From contig JBNJNM010000023.1 in NCBI GenBank assembly GCA_052426225.1, forward strand, positions 124,001 through 188,000: 64,000 nucleotides of DNA, given 5' to 3'. Within the stretch, counting starts at the first letter, position 1; each line of letters starts with the position of its first letter. The DNA comes from Zancudomyces culisetae HAW-14-8. Lineage: Eukaryota; Fungi; Kickxellomycota. The notes beneath the pieces are model-generated. The model did no database searches and had not been told where the DNA came from. It saw nothing but the letters and a program-made list of their open reading frames with translations. The position numbers were made by a program, and so were the translations under genes. Of the stretch, positions 13,077 to 23,990 are shown one piece after another.

Positions 13077-14191
13077 ATGGAGGAGGCTAAAAGAGCAATC
13101 TCGAGAAAATTCGTATCAAAAGCTGTGATTGACGACAAACTGGATACGAATGAACAACATAATTCAGTTGGGAATGGAGAGATAGAAGGTAAAGATTCTT
13201 TGAATTAGCCCATTCATTTATTCTCATTCTCTCTTCTCTGTTACCTCTCATGTAAATGTAACTTTGGAAAAAGAACGTTCACCATCTGAATGACTAAATA
13301 AAATTATTTATAGCTACAGCAGATCAAACATATGATCCACGATCACTTTATGAAAAGCTACAAGAACAAAAAGACATTAAAGAAACAGCGTTCAAAGAGG
13401 CCAAAAGATTCAGTATGTTGTTCATTTTCCTTTTTTATGAAAACATTTTTTGCTTGCAGAAGCAGATTAAACCCCGATAGCAATCTTGTAGGTAATTTAA
13501 TCCACAGGCTAGATGACGAAGAGTATGAATTTCTAAAAGAAATAAATTCACAACAACAGGCGAAGGAAGACAAGAAAAAGGAGGAAGAGGAAAAAGAAAT
13601 TAATGAGTTTCGAAAGTGAGTGCTTGTCATATATAAGAAAAATGCGAATAGAGAAAAACACAATTGCTTAAACTTGCACTTGGCATGGCCGATAAATATA
13701 TTTTCTTGATCGCAAACCACATATAATAGTTACTTTAGCCTTTATGCGCTACCTGAATCTCAGGCTCACACATATAGATTGATTTTTAAAGCATTCAACT
13801 TTGAAAAATGATAATTATATACCGTAGAAAAACACAAGAAAGCAGAATGCGAGCAAAAGAAAACCTAGGACAACTGGAAAAGCTAACCAATATGATAAAT
13901 GGTGTTTCCGGGGATGAATCAAACGCTAAAGGTATTATGAAGACTTCGCAAGGCTCAAATGGCAACAACAAAACTAAGAAACGACCATTGAGTCTGATTG
14001 ACAGTTTGGTTCCAATAAGAAAAAAAAACACAACAGCTGATGGTAGAGCTGGTGTGAAGAGTGATGTGGATTCCAAACTCAGCAATGGCGAAAATGAGAG
14101 CGGGGGTAAGCGCGGGAGCGAAGAAAAAGGGAATAACGTCAATTCTCTGGATCTTTTGTGTGCGTACGAAGAAAGCAGTGATGAAGAATGA
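13077..14191 (+). CDS. FAM192A/NIP30 (PSME3IP1)/Fyv6-like nuclear protein, 232 aa
   Basis: Exons 13077-13188, 13314-13412, 13492-13615 and 13828-14191 splice in frame. Motifs KFVS, YDPRSLYEKLQEQK, F+NLIHRLDDEEYEFL and C-terminal LLCAYEESSDEE. Confidence 0.88.
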
Positions 14192-14727
14192 GCGGGAAAA
14201 TGTATGGACAATGAGCCCAAATTTGGATGACCAATGTCAAATCATACCAGGGATTGCATAGCACCAGCATGTATCAGATAGGATCAACGCACAAGAGACA
14301 GAAGGGAAAAAATGGGGAGGTTAGTGTAGTGGATTAAAGGGTGAATGGGAATAGTCGGTGATTCCAAATCTCTACAGCATGTTCTTTGTCACCAAGGTTG
14401 TAGTGGATGCGAACTCGCGCGAGAAAAGGAGAACATTGTTCCTGCGATATCTCACCCCTCTCATAACGGCCTTGGAATACATAGAAACGCTTTTTAAAAA
14501 TTACAATGTACTATAGTATCGAACAAATAAAGAAACAAATATACCATTAGATAAGGGGTGTTAACAAAAAGTGTATTTATTTCCTTAGATACAAAGTTTA
14601 AAGAAAAAGGTCATATCTTTAAAAAATATATATACTCGTAATATATATGACAGAAAAACGACTAAAAAACTACGTTTTTAGTGGAATTGAGAGAGGAATA
14701 TAGAGCCGAACAAATATTATAACATGT

Positions 14728-15449
14728 TTAGTCGAACAAACCGAAGCCCATATCGTCATCGGATTCCTCCTCTGGCTCTGGTGCGGCAGCCTCTGCAGCA
14801 GCTGGGGCTGCACCGGCGTCACCGGCAGCTGGAGCAGCGGCGGCTGGGGCAGCAGCAGCGGATCCAACGTTCATCAACATATCGGAGATGTTGCGTCCAG
14901 CAAGGGCCTTTGCGAACAGATCGAAATAGATGGCATCGATTTGGACGTTGGCGGCCTTGGTGATGGTAGCCAAGTTGTCAGCCTAAAGAAGAGAAAAATA
15001 TCAAAAATGTTAGATATGGTTAGATATTCATGATTTTGTTTATTTTGACTATATACAAATAGTCAGGCCAAAAATAACAAAGCATTTGATATATGATTGA
15101 CAAAAAACCATTCCGAAATACTTGTTTGACCATTTTGAATCCGCATTTGATACTGGTAATTGCAAATCCAAAACAAAAATACAATCCTGAAGAATTAGTA
15201 TACATTTGTGGATTCAAAATGTGCCAAACCGTAATTCCAATTCAATTCAACTGTACTTCCAGCTTAGAAATTGAATCCATAACAATCGCTTTTAACATTT
15301 CTGCAGTTAAACACTTTATTTTCAAGATATCGATCCCTTATTTTGCCTGTTTACAATAGTCTTCATGTAGAGTTACTTACTGTGATTTCGACGTTATCGT
15401 CAGCCAAGATCAATGAGGCGTATACAATAGCTTTCTCTGCGACGGACAT
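14728..15449 (-). CDS. RPP1: 60S acidic ribosomal protein P1, 107 aa
   Basis: Exons 15449-15381 and 14982-14728. YASLILADDNVEITADNL, Ala-rich hinge and EEESDDDMGFGLFD C-terminus. Confidence 0.97.
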
Positions 15450-16337
15450 GTTGTGAATATTATTAACTAGTCTAGTTGGTTATAGAGCTATAATTTTTTT
15501 CTACAAAAAAAAACTGCGAGAAGTAAATATTTAACTCCAAAATTTTATACTATAAAATTTTTTCTAATAGAAGATTGGAGAGCCAAACGCTTTAATTTTT
15601 TTTCGAAAAAAAAATGTACTTTGATAATTCAAAAAGAAAAAGGGTTTTGGTCGACGTTAGAGGTTGGATTATATATTCTTTTTTTTGTGGGTAGGGGGTT
15701 TTTTTTAGTATTTTTTTTATTTGTTTTGTTTTTTTTTTTGTCGGTTTTTGCATAGAAAAAAATTTGGCTGGCAAATGGAAATTAAATCAAGTTTGCTCAG
15801 CTATATTAATTGGCTATTGCTTTGAAAAGTGAGAGAAAAATTGAGCGAAGTCTTCCTCTAATTTTAGACAAAGGCTGATCAGGTAAAAATGAGAAAAATG
15901 TTTGCAAGTTTATTTTTACAATAAGGGGATCCAGTTATTCGTAAAAAAGCAAGGTGGTATGCAATGTGACATGAATATAGGTGAAATTACAGAAAAACTA
16001 AAAAGAATTATGGTCATTAATACTGGTGGATGGCACATGTTTTATTAATGACAAATATTGATTCTAAGAACATTAGAATATATTAAACAGGTCTATCTAA
16101 AATCCTACCATAGAAAGTATCTTTCTCTTTTTTCTTTGACCAAAGATAGCGTTTTGTGCCTAATTTGTGCAAACACATGAGAGTTTTTGGGAGCTCTAAA
16201 TTGTATGTATTGTACTAGTAGCAAAGAAAAAGTACATATCGGTCAAAGTTAGGATCTAGTTGAACAAAGAACAATCTAAATAAAAATAAATATACACAAA
16301 CAAAAAATTATTCAATTAATAGTAGGAGAGGGCAATA

Positions 16338-17807
16338 TTAGATATCCTCGGAAATAAGCCCCTTAAGGCTAGAAAGTATGTGATTCAACTTTTTGATCCA
16401 CACATCAATTATTGATGTAGATACGGCGTTTATACTTGAGATCTGTGAGTCAGGATTGAAGGGGTTATATACATATGTAGACGAGGAAAATGAATAATCC
16501 CGTTCAAGACTGCCAATAATCTCAGAAATCAGGCCAACAAGTCGTTCAGTTGGAGCAATGCCATTAGTTATGAGGGTTAATGATAGAGTATAAATTGCAG
16601 AGACATCCCGTGATAGGGTCCATACTGCAAGGATGAACCAGTAGTATGCATCAGAATCCAAGATTTTTGAAACTGATGGTGAATATGATGATGAAGAATA
16701 TGGCGACAGAGGTGAGTGGAGTCCAGCTTTGGAGTACCGGTCGTAAGCCTGGTTATAAACGTAGTACACTAAATTGATAGAGTTCTTGTAGCCCAAAAGT
16801 GATCGTATGGTGGAGGAGATAAGCTTTGAAGATGGAAGAAAAGCAGACGCAGAAGGTAGTTGGATGTTTTGTTGCGACAAAGTACTATTATCACCATTTT
16901 CTGTTTCTTTTGACTCGGCTAAAGTCTTAGATTGAAGATCCAGAGGTTCATTAGATGGAGTTACTACGGGAAACAAATACCGATCAATAAATGTGCTAAT
17001 ATCAGATAAATTCTTGCACAATGAAAGCTTTAGCAACAGGGTTTGCTCATAATCCTTGGCCTTTACCATCCGCATATATGCTAACTCGCTGGCTTCATTT
17101 CCTACATGTTCGTCGCCATCACTGATACTGATTGTATTGATATTTTTGGGGGCCAAATGATCTTTAGGCGCACCCCCTCGATCAAACACACCAAAAGTCT
17201 GTTCATGATTGTTGGCATTTGTTGCGAGCCGATTGTGGATACTGGATTTTGAATTAAGTATACTATCGACGTCAAACAGCTGGTCGAGTAAACTATGCCG
17301 TTGGTCGGCAACACCAAAAGTTTTAGGTCTGAACGATATTGTATTGGAAGTGTGGGTTCCAGACGCTGATAATGCGGAATTTTTTTCGGACAAAGAAGGA
17401 AAATCAAGGCCATATCCAACATCCTTTTCTGCAACACCATTGCTTATTTGTTCCGTTTGAGAATCAGATTTTTGAGACTCGTTTTCTTTTGATGGTTTCT
17501 GTGGTGCTGAACGTTCGCTATCTATTCTAGTCTCTGTATCATTACCGGTAAAATTTTCATTAACAGTTGACTCGCCCTTGCTTTCGCTCTCTTTGACCTC
17601 CGGAGTATCTGATGGTAAATTATTCTCAGTAAATTTTGCATAGGTTGTACTGAAATTGCACAAACGAACATAACCAACGTCAATTTTAGTTGGCTTTCTT
17701 GCGGAGGTGACAAGATTTGCCGAATTCGGATTCGAAATTACGTTTCTGTTGGTTCTTGAAGTTAAAAACAAAAGTTTTTGCCGAAAAGTAAGTGATTTCT
17801 TGAACAT
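16338..17807 (-). CDS. Predicted mitochondrial protein, Mtf2-like C-terminal helical domain, 489 aa
   Basis: Basic, acid-free N-terminal presequence. C-terminal AYYWFILAVWTLSRDVSAIYTL...NGIAPTERL resembles the Mtf2/PPR-like motif. Confidence 0.55.
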   Translation of the reverse strand: MFKKSLTFRQKLLFLTSRTNRNVISNPNSANLVTSARKPTKIDVGYVRLCNFSTTYAKFTENNLPSDTPEVKESESKGESTVNENFTGNDTETRIDSERSAPQKPSKENESQKSDSQTEQISNGVAEKDVGYGLDFPSLSEKNSALSASGTHTSNTISFRPKTFGVADQRHSLLDQLFDVDSILNSKSSIHNRLATNANNHEQTFGVFDRGGAPKDHLAPKNINTISISDGDEHVGNEASELAYMRMVKAKDYEQTLLLKLSLCKNLSDISTFIDRYLFPVVTPSNEPLDLQSKTLAESKETENGDNSTLSQQNIQLPSASAFLPSSKLISSTIRSLLGYKNSINLVYYVYNQAYDRYSKAGLHSPLSPYSSSSYSPSVSKILDSDAYYWFILAVWTLSRDVSAIYTLSLTLITNGIAPTERLVGLISEIIGSLERDYSFSSSTYVYNPFNPDSQISSINAVSTSIIDVWIKKLNHILSSLKGLISEDI

Positions 17808-19058
17808 TTTCTCAAACTTGGCATATCCCCTGCATTAATGTTAAAATTTGAACAAATTCACTCCTTGCCTCTATTTCTGTTTATTGCTGTAATGCATAAA
17901 TGTATACCTATAACTATTAAAAAAAACTAATCGTTTTAGATACTGAATTTCCAAGAGCGGGTATGGCTGGGTGAATCAAGTCGTAGACTCGGTGAGTTTG
18001 TTGATTACCAAGAGATCTTTATATCTAGTACTTTTTCAAGTTTAGTGGGTTTGATACTAGATTCGTGATTTAATTGGCAAAAACAAAAAGTCGAAGCTAA
18101 AAACCATTGAATAGTGCAAAAAAGTTTTTTTTTTCCTCCCCCGTTCAGGAAAAATTTTTCGGGTAAATTCCAAGGTTCTTATTTATGCACACAGAGTCAC
18201 GAAACGGTTCAGGTTCAGATTTAGGTTCAACACTCAAGCTAAAAATAAAAAGACAAAGCTGGTTGATTGGGGTATCAGATCAGGAAGAGGGGGGGGGAAC
18301 AGTGAGAATGATATGTTAAAGAAGTTTTGTCAAGGAGGCTGGGGGGTGGAATGGTAACATTTCAAAAAATGCAATTGTGTTCCAAGAATTCTATGAATTG
18401 CTATAGTTTTCCGTGATTACTATTTGTTTTGAATTTTTAAAAGGCTTTGATGCGTGATATTTTATGCATTAGTAATCTGTGCCGAAAAAAGAGCAAAAAA
18501 AGCAAAATTGAGAATACAAAAGTTTTATACTGGTATTAATTCCTGTTGGCTTATTCCAAATCTCAAATAATTTTAATAAAAAAAGTTCGAAAGTATAACA
18601 GATATTCCCAGCTTCTAAAAAAAAGTATACAAAGATCAAAAATAGTGTAAAGCTTAGATAAAGCTAAATAGAAAGGGCACCAACATCTTTGGGATACTTT
18701 TAATGTATCGAAAAAATAACTAAAAGAGAGGCAACAGCAAAAAGCTTGAGATTTTTTTTAGGATAGATTAGGAGTTGAAGGATACATTGTTTCAGCATAA
18801 GTGATTTTTTCTACTAGAACTTAGCTAAAATAATTAAAAAGGAGTCTTGGTAAATAAAAAGAGATAACCGGATGCTTGTAAAAAGATTTGTGTAGATTGA
18901 TTTAGATAATCTCATAAAAGAAAACCGTAAAATAAAAGCGAAGAACAGCGGATAAAAGAAACTAAGCGAGATATAATTTGTCCTTTGCCTGAGAGATTCT
19001 AATCCAAAATCAAGAACAAGAACAAGAATAACAGTAAAACCAAAATAAGAAACGGAAA

Positions 19059-22058
19059 ATGTCACAAGTGTACTACAAGTTTAAAGCAGCCAAAGATTAC
19101 AGCCACATCAAGTTTGATGGGACGGCAATCTCTGTCTATGAGCTAAAGATGGAGATTCTCAAGGCAAAAAAATTAGATGTAAATGAATTTGATATTATAG
19201 TAAGTAACAGTCAGACAACGGATGAGTATACCGACAGAGACATGATACCCAAAAACAGCTGGGTGGAAGTGCGGCGGGTACCATATGTAGGTCCAAATAG
19301 ATCTGAGCAGAGCCTGATGGTTCAGAATAAACAGCAGGAGGGGCGAAGGCAACAACAGCAGCAGCAAAAGATGGTTCAATTCCAAATGCAACAACAACAA
19401 CAACAACAACAGCAACAACAACAGCAACAGCAGAGTATTCAACAGCAAAATGGAGTAGTAGCGGGAAGCAGTGGAAGAAGTTTGATGGATGAAGGCAGGA
19501 TTTTACTGCCTGGCCTCCGAAATATACAGCAAGAACAAGGAAAAGAAATCACGGCAACGGGTGACGATGATGAAATTCAAAAGATGCTCCAGCAGAGCAG
19601 CGAGCAGTGGGAATACCAGCAGCAACAGATGATGGGCAAAGGAAAGAAAATGGATATGGGACAGTACATGTATCGACCAAAAGTTGGTGCGGGGACAGGT
19701 GCAGGTGCAGCAGTGGGGATGGGGGTGGGAGGTGGAAGAGGCGGGGGGCAACAGGGACCTCCACCACCCGAAAAGTACATATGTTTTAAATGTGGGAAAC
19801 CAGGGCATTGGATATATGATTGTCAGGTCGAAGGAAGTGGTGCAAGGCTTAAAAAGACGACGGGGATTCCAAAATCTTTTTTAAAAGAGGTAGATCGTCT
19901 GGAGGAAGGGCAAAAGGCGTTGATAAGCGAGGATGGTAAGTTGTATGTCTCGACGGCAAACGATGAAGACTTTAATAAAGCGAAACAGAACGCGAGCCTT
20001 GTCGAGTATGAGTGTGCTTTGTGCGACAAGATACTGGATGTCCCAGTGCAGTTTCCTTGTTGTGGAGGAAATGTGTGTAAAAAACATTTTGTTGACCCTA
20101 CTTCCTTTAATATTCTTACTAAAACTAGCAATAAAAAAGCCCAAGAAAAAATTAACGTTGATGATGGCGGCAATATAAAAGAGGAATTTAGTATTAGCTC
20201 TTGCCCGCTCTGTGGTTCAGATTTGTCCACTCCTATCACCAACCACAATCTGGATACTTTCGTAAACCATACACTACTTAATGACATCAGGAGTTATTTG
20301 CAAAAGAAAAGTTCCAATGAAATGTCTACCAAAATTGAAACCATAGATTCCACTCATCCAGCAATTTTTTCTGCACACCGCCCTTCTAATACTAACATTG
20401 GTCCTAACTCTAACTCTGTTATTACACCTAATGTAAATATGTTTAATCCTCAGCAACAACCACAACCACAACAGCACCAGCCTGTTCATATGGTAAATCC
20501 TTACCTACATAACTACCAGCTAATGCTACATCAACAGAGGCAGCAGTTTATTTTCCAACAGCAATTTATGCAGCAGCAGCAACAACAACAGCAGCAGCAG
20601 TATTTGCTTCATCAAGCCTTTTTAAATCAACAAAATCAACAAAGCTTGCAGTACCAACAACTACCTCCACCTCCTACAGCAAATCTGCCTACAAATCCAA
20701 CATCAGGTATAAGCGAATTACCTGAGTCTCCTACTATGAGTAACAATGTGGATGTCGATAATGACGACCGTAGTAGTGAGAATGATACTGGTCATATCAC
20801 TGGTCAGAACCAAGGTCGTAATGGTGGTAGTCCAAACCATGAGGATGCTCGCAGAGACTCGCATGACTCTTGTCGATCTCAAATGCCGCGTCAAACAGAG
20901 CATATGAGAGATCATACAGAAAAGTATAGTAGTAGAGGAAAAGACGACGAAGTGGACAGAGAAAAAGTGAATGAACGAGAGGATGAGATGAGAGGGCGGC
21001 AGGAAAGAGAAAGAGAAAACGAAAACGATTACGAAAGGGAAAGGGGAAGGGAGAAGGATAATGTTAGACGCGACGACAGGAGTGAAAATAGAGAGAGAGA
21101 TAGGAATAGAGATAGAGAAGGGAGTAAAGAGGGAGCGAGAAATAAAAGAAAGGCAGGCGACTTGGATCGAGAGGATCGAAAGGATCGAAATGAGGAGAGG
21201 AGTAAAGACAGGAATAGGGATGGGGAACGAGATCGAAATCGAGATCGAAATCGGGGAAGTAGTAGGAATAGAGGTAGAGATAGAGATAGAGATAGAGATA
21301 GAGGTAGAGATATGAATAATGACATAAAAAGAAACAAAAGTGGAGAAAGAGGTAGCGGCAGCGAAAGAAATGGGAATAGAGATAGGGACAAAGAAAGAGA
21401 AGGAGGAGATAGAGGCCACGAAAAGGATAGAAATAGAGAAAGAGAAAGAGAAGTGGATAGAGAAAAAGATAGGGAAAGGGGAAGAGAACAAGAAAAAGGT
21501 AGAGATAGGAATAGAGATAGAGATAGGAATAGAGAAAGAGATAAAGATAGAGATAGGAATAGAGAAAGAGATAAAGATAGAGATAGAGAAAGAGAAAAAA
21601 GAGAAAGAGAAAGAGAAAGAGAAAGAGAAAGAAGTAAAGATGGAGAAGAAAGCCAAGATAGAGGCAGAGACAGGGATAGAGATCAGTCTCGTAGACGCGA
21701 GGAACAAGAAAATAACAAACGCTCAGATAAGAAACGACCTTCTTATCCAACTTCCACCCCTCGCTCAATAGAAGACCGCCTAACACTTCCCAATAAAAGG
21801 CCCAAAACTTCGTTCAGAACCGATTCCGCTGACACTGACATTAATGACGTTGGCCTGGCAGGTGCAGACTCAAACGAAAGCTCTCATCTAAACAATCGTA
21901 AAAGAAGACGAAACAAGAATAAAAATAAGATAGGCGCTCCGAAAAGTAGCAGCCATAACTCCAGATTCTATTCCTCAACTCCGGGAAGCAGTGCCAACAG
22001 AGACGCTGAAAACAAAAAAAAATCGATTAGAATTACTGGAACTTCTGTTTTAAAATGA
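19059..22058 (+). CDS. MPE1: MPE1/RBBP6 cleavage-polyadenylation factor (DWNN, zinc knuckle, RING) with polyQ tracts and a long RD/RE tail, 999 aa
   Basis: VYYKFKAAKDY..IKFDG..ISV (DWNN), PPPEKYICFKCGKPGHWIYDC, KKTTGIPKSFL and RING CALC...CCG..C..H...CPLC. Confidence 0.93.
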   Translation: MSQVYYKFKAAKDYSHIKFDGTAISVYELKMEILKAKKLDVNEFDIIVSNSQTTDEYTDRDMIPKNSWVEVRRVPYVGPNRSEQSLMVQNKQQEGRRQQQQQQKMVQFQMQQQQQQQQQQQQQQQSIQQQNGVVAGSSGRSLMDEGRILLPGLRNIQQEQGKEITATGDDDEIQKMLQQSSEQWEYQQQQMMGKGKKMDMGQYMYRPKVGAGTGAGAAVGMGVGGGRGGGQQGPPPPEKYICFKCGKPGHWIYDCQVEGSGARLKKTTGIPKSFLKEVDRLEEGQKALISEDGKLYVSTANDEDFNKAKQNASLVEYECALCDKILDVPVQFPCCGGNVCKKHFVDPTSFNILTKTSNKKAQEKINVDDGGNIKEEFSISSCPLCGSDLSTPITNHNLDTFVNHTLLNDIRSYLQKKSSNEMSTKIETIDSTHPAIFSAHRPSNTNIGPNSNSVITPNVNMFNPQQQPQPQQHQPVHMVNPYLHNYQLMLHQQRQQFIFQQQFMQQQQQQQQQQYLLHQAFLNQQNQQSLQYQQLPPPPTANLPTNPTSGISELPESPTMSNNVDVDNDDRSSENDTGHITGQNQGRNGGSPNHEDARRDSHDSCRSQMPRQTEHMRDHTEKYSSRGKDDEVDREKVNEREDEMRGRQERERENENDYERERGREKDNVRRDDRSENRERDRNRDREGSKEGARNKRKAGDLDREDRKDRNEERSKDRNRDGERDRNRDRNRGSSRNRGRDRDRDRDRGRDMNNDIKRNKSGERGSGSERNGNRDRDKEREGGDRGHEKDRNREREREVDREKDRERGREQEKGRDRNRDRDRNRERDKDRDRNRERDKDRDREREKRERERERERERSKDGEESQDRGRDRDRDQSRRREEQENNKRSDKKRPSYPTSTPRSIEDRLTLPNKRPKTSFRTDSADTDINDVGLAGADSNESSHLNNRKRRRNKNKNKIGAPKSSSHNSRFYSSTPGSSANRDAENKKKSIRITGTSVLK
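20930..21710 (+). repeat. Coding purine-rich low-complexity repeat (AGAGAT/AGAGAA hexamers encoding RD/RE dipeptides)
   Basis: Direct reading. It also generates the spurious antisense ORFs in the track. Confidence 0.9.
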
Positions 22059-22145
22059 TTTTTTTTAAAAAAAAATTATATACACACATGTTATTTCTAA
22101 GGTATTATGATATAAAGCATTTATTAACAAACTTTTAATAGCCTT

Positions 22146-23186
22146 TTATCTCAATAAAGTATATTTTCCTTTTGGCAACAATTGAATGACACTGTCACAA
22201 ATCCTCTGCTGCTGGCCCACATTGTGTGTAACAATAATGATGTTCTTGCGGCCTAAAAAGCTGCGTTCTACGCACGACGATGTTTCATTATCAAGCATTG
22301 AAGTCGGCTCGTCCAGAAGAAGTACACGTGGGTTGAGTGCCATTGCTATACTCAAAAAGATCCGCTGCTGTTCACCTCCGCTAAGTAAATTGAATGGGCC
22401 TTCGTACCACAGCTCGCGTTGGATACCCCATTGTATAGACAAATCGATAGCATCCTTAATGATATCCTGTTTGTTGTGTCGTATGTCGCTAGGGCTTTTT
22501 CCATACCCATGGCGGCGCTGGGAGCTCTGGAACACATCCAGCTGCAGTATGCTTTTTATGTACTCAGCCGCTGTCGTGCCGATATTTGGTGGTTTCTGAG
22601 GAATGTACATGACATTTCTTCTCCATTCATGTACATCTATTGCTCGCTCCCCAATTCCACTGCCAGTATTACTACTAATGCTTCCGATACTGAATTTACC
22701 TAATATTATTCCACCTTGAGCATTCGGTCGCACAAGTATTTCCTTTTCGTTGCTGCCGCCTTCTGCACTCGGCTCCGTTATGACCATATACATGTCCTTA
22801 TACTGACTGTCAAAAAGCAAATTTATTGCTTTCAGAATTGTAGATTTACCCAGCCCTGAAACCCCCACCAACCCAAGAATCTGACCGTGCTTCAATACCA
22901 TGTCGAGATCCTTCACTATATATTCGGGCTCTTCCTTTACATTCAAGAGTTGCGAACTTTCACCTTCTTCTGGCACAAGTCCCACGTCTTCGGAACTAAC
23001 ATTGCGGGCTTTGCCTGTGGTTGAGCTACTTCTACTGCTATTTTGTTTGCTCTCACGTACTCTTGTTAGGCCTTTTATCACTAAAAGATCACGATGTTCT
23101 ATATTTTCCCCATTTACATCCACCTGATGCTGCTGCGGCGGCCTTTCTCTTATTTCGCCTTCTCCTACATTCAAAATGTCGTGCAT
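22146..23186 (-). CDS. Stand-alone ABC ATPase (single NBD, no TMD), FetA/YbbL/STAR1-like, 346 aa
   Basis: Walker A GVSGLGKST, WRRNVMYIPQ Q-loop, signature LSGGEQQR, Walker B VLLLDEPTS and H-loop VTHN. Confidence 0.88.
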   Translation of the reverse strand: MHDILNVGEGEIRERPPQQHQVDVNGENIEHRDLLVIKGLTRVRESKQNSSRSSSTTGKARNVSSEDVGLVPEEGESSQLLNVKEEPEYIVKDLDMVLKHGQILGLVGVSGLGKSTILKAINLLFDSQYKDMYMVITEPSAEGGSNEKEILVRPNAQGGIILGKFSIGSISSNTGSGIGERAIDVHEWRRNVMYIPQKPPNIGTTAAEYIKSILQLDVFQSSQRRHGYGKSPSDIRHNKQDIIKDAIDLSIQWGIQRELWYEGPFNLLSGGEQQRIFLSIAMALNPRVLLLDEPTSMLDNETSSCVERSFLGRKNIIIVTHNVGQQQRICDSVIQLLPKGKYTLLR

Positions 23187-23990
23187 TTTTTCTGAATTGC
23201 GATTTCAGTCTGAATCCAAGCCGACAATCTCGCAAATAGGTATTTCTTTCCCCCTTTTTTAGCTAATTTATGATGAGACTCAATCAGAATTGTTGAATCC
23301 CTCTCAATGTGATAAATTCTTCCCGTTGCTTAACAGTAATAAAATTAGAAATAAAGCCAATGTTAGTACTTGGTTTATAACTGATTGACGTATTTTTTTT
23401 TAAGTTTGCATTAAAATATAATGTAGAGTTGGTTAGTTTTTATTAATGTTTGACCTGATTCTGGCCTATTAAATATTATCATATCAAAACCAAAGCAAAA
23501 ATAAAAATAAAAATAAAAACACCACTTGGCTATCGTTTTAACAAGCACCAGTGCCACACAACTTGAACTCTCTTTAGAGTGTCCTATAAACCGTCTAGTA
23601 ACATGATAAAAACCACATTATAAAATCAAAATATGGTTTTCTTTTGACATTGACATTGACATTGATTAAAATAACCTTATGTTCCTATTTCCGAAAAGAC
23701 TACAGAAATATCTAACTAGCTGATCTGTAAGAAAATAAATAAAAACAGCTTTGTGTAAAGTCAAGAAAATTTTTCTTGGTGTCCTCCGATTCGGATAACA
23801 TATACAACATCGAAACTATGGCCTATCCATTGATAAATACGTATAGTGCTATTGCATTGGATATTTTTCGAGTCTCATATACTGATTATAATAATTTGGT
23901 ATTTTGCGAGTTTATTTAGTCAATATTAAGTGAAGCATACTACGAAGTAAAAAAAATATACTAATACTGATGGTAATGATAATGTGCACA

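Noticed and set aside
20718-21786. Long antisense and alternative-frame ORFs (329, 240 and 143 aa)
   Set aside because: By-products of the stop-poor RD/RE hexamer repeat.
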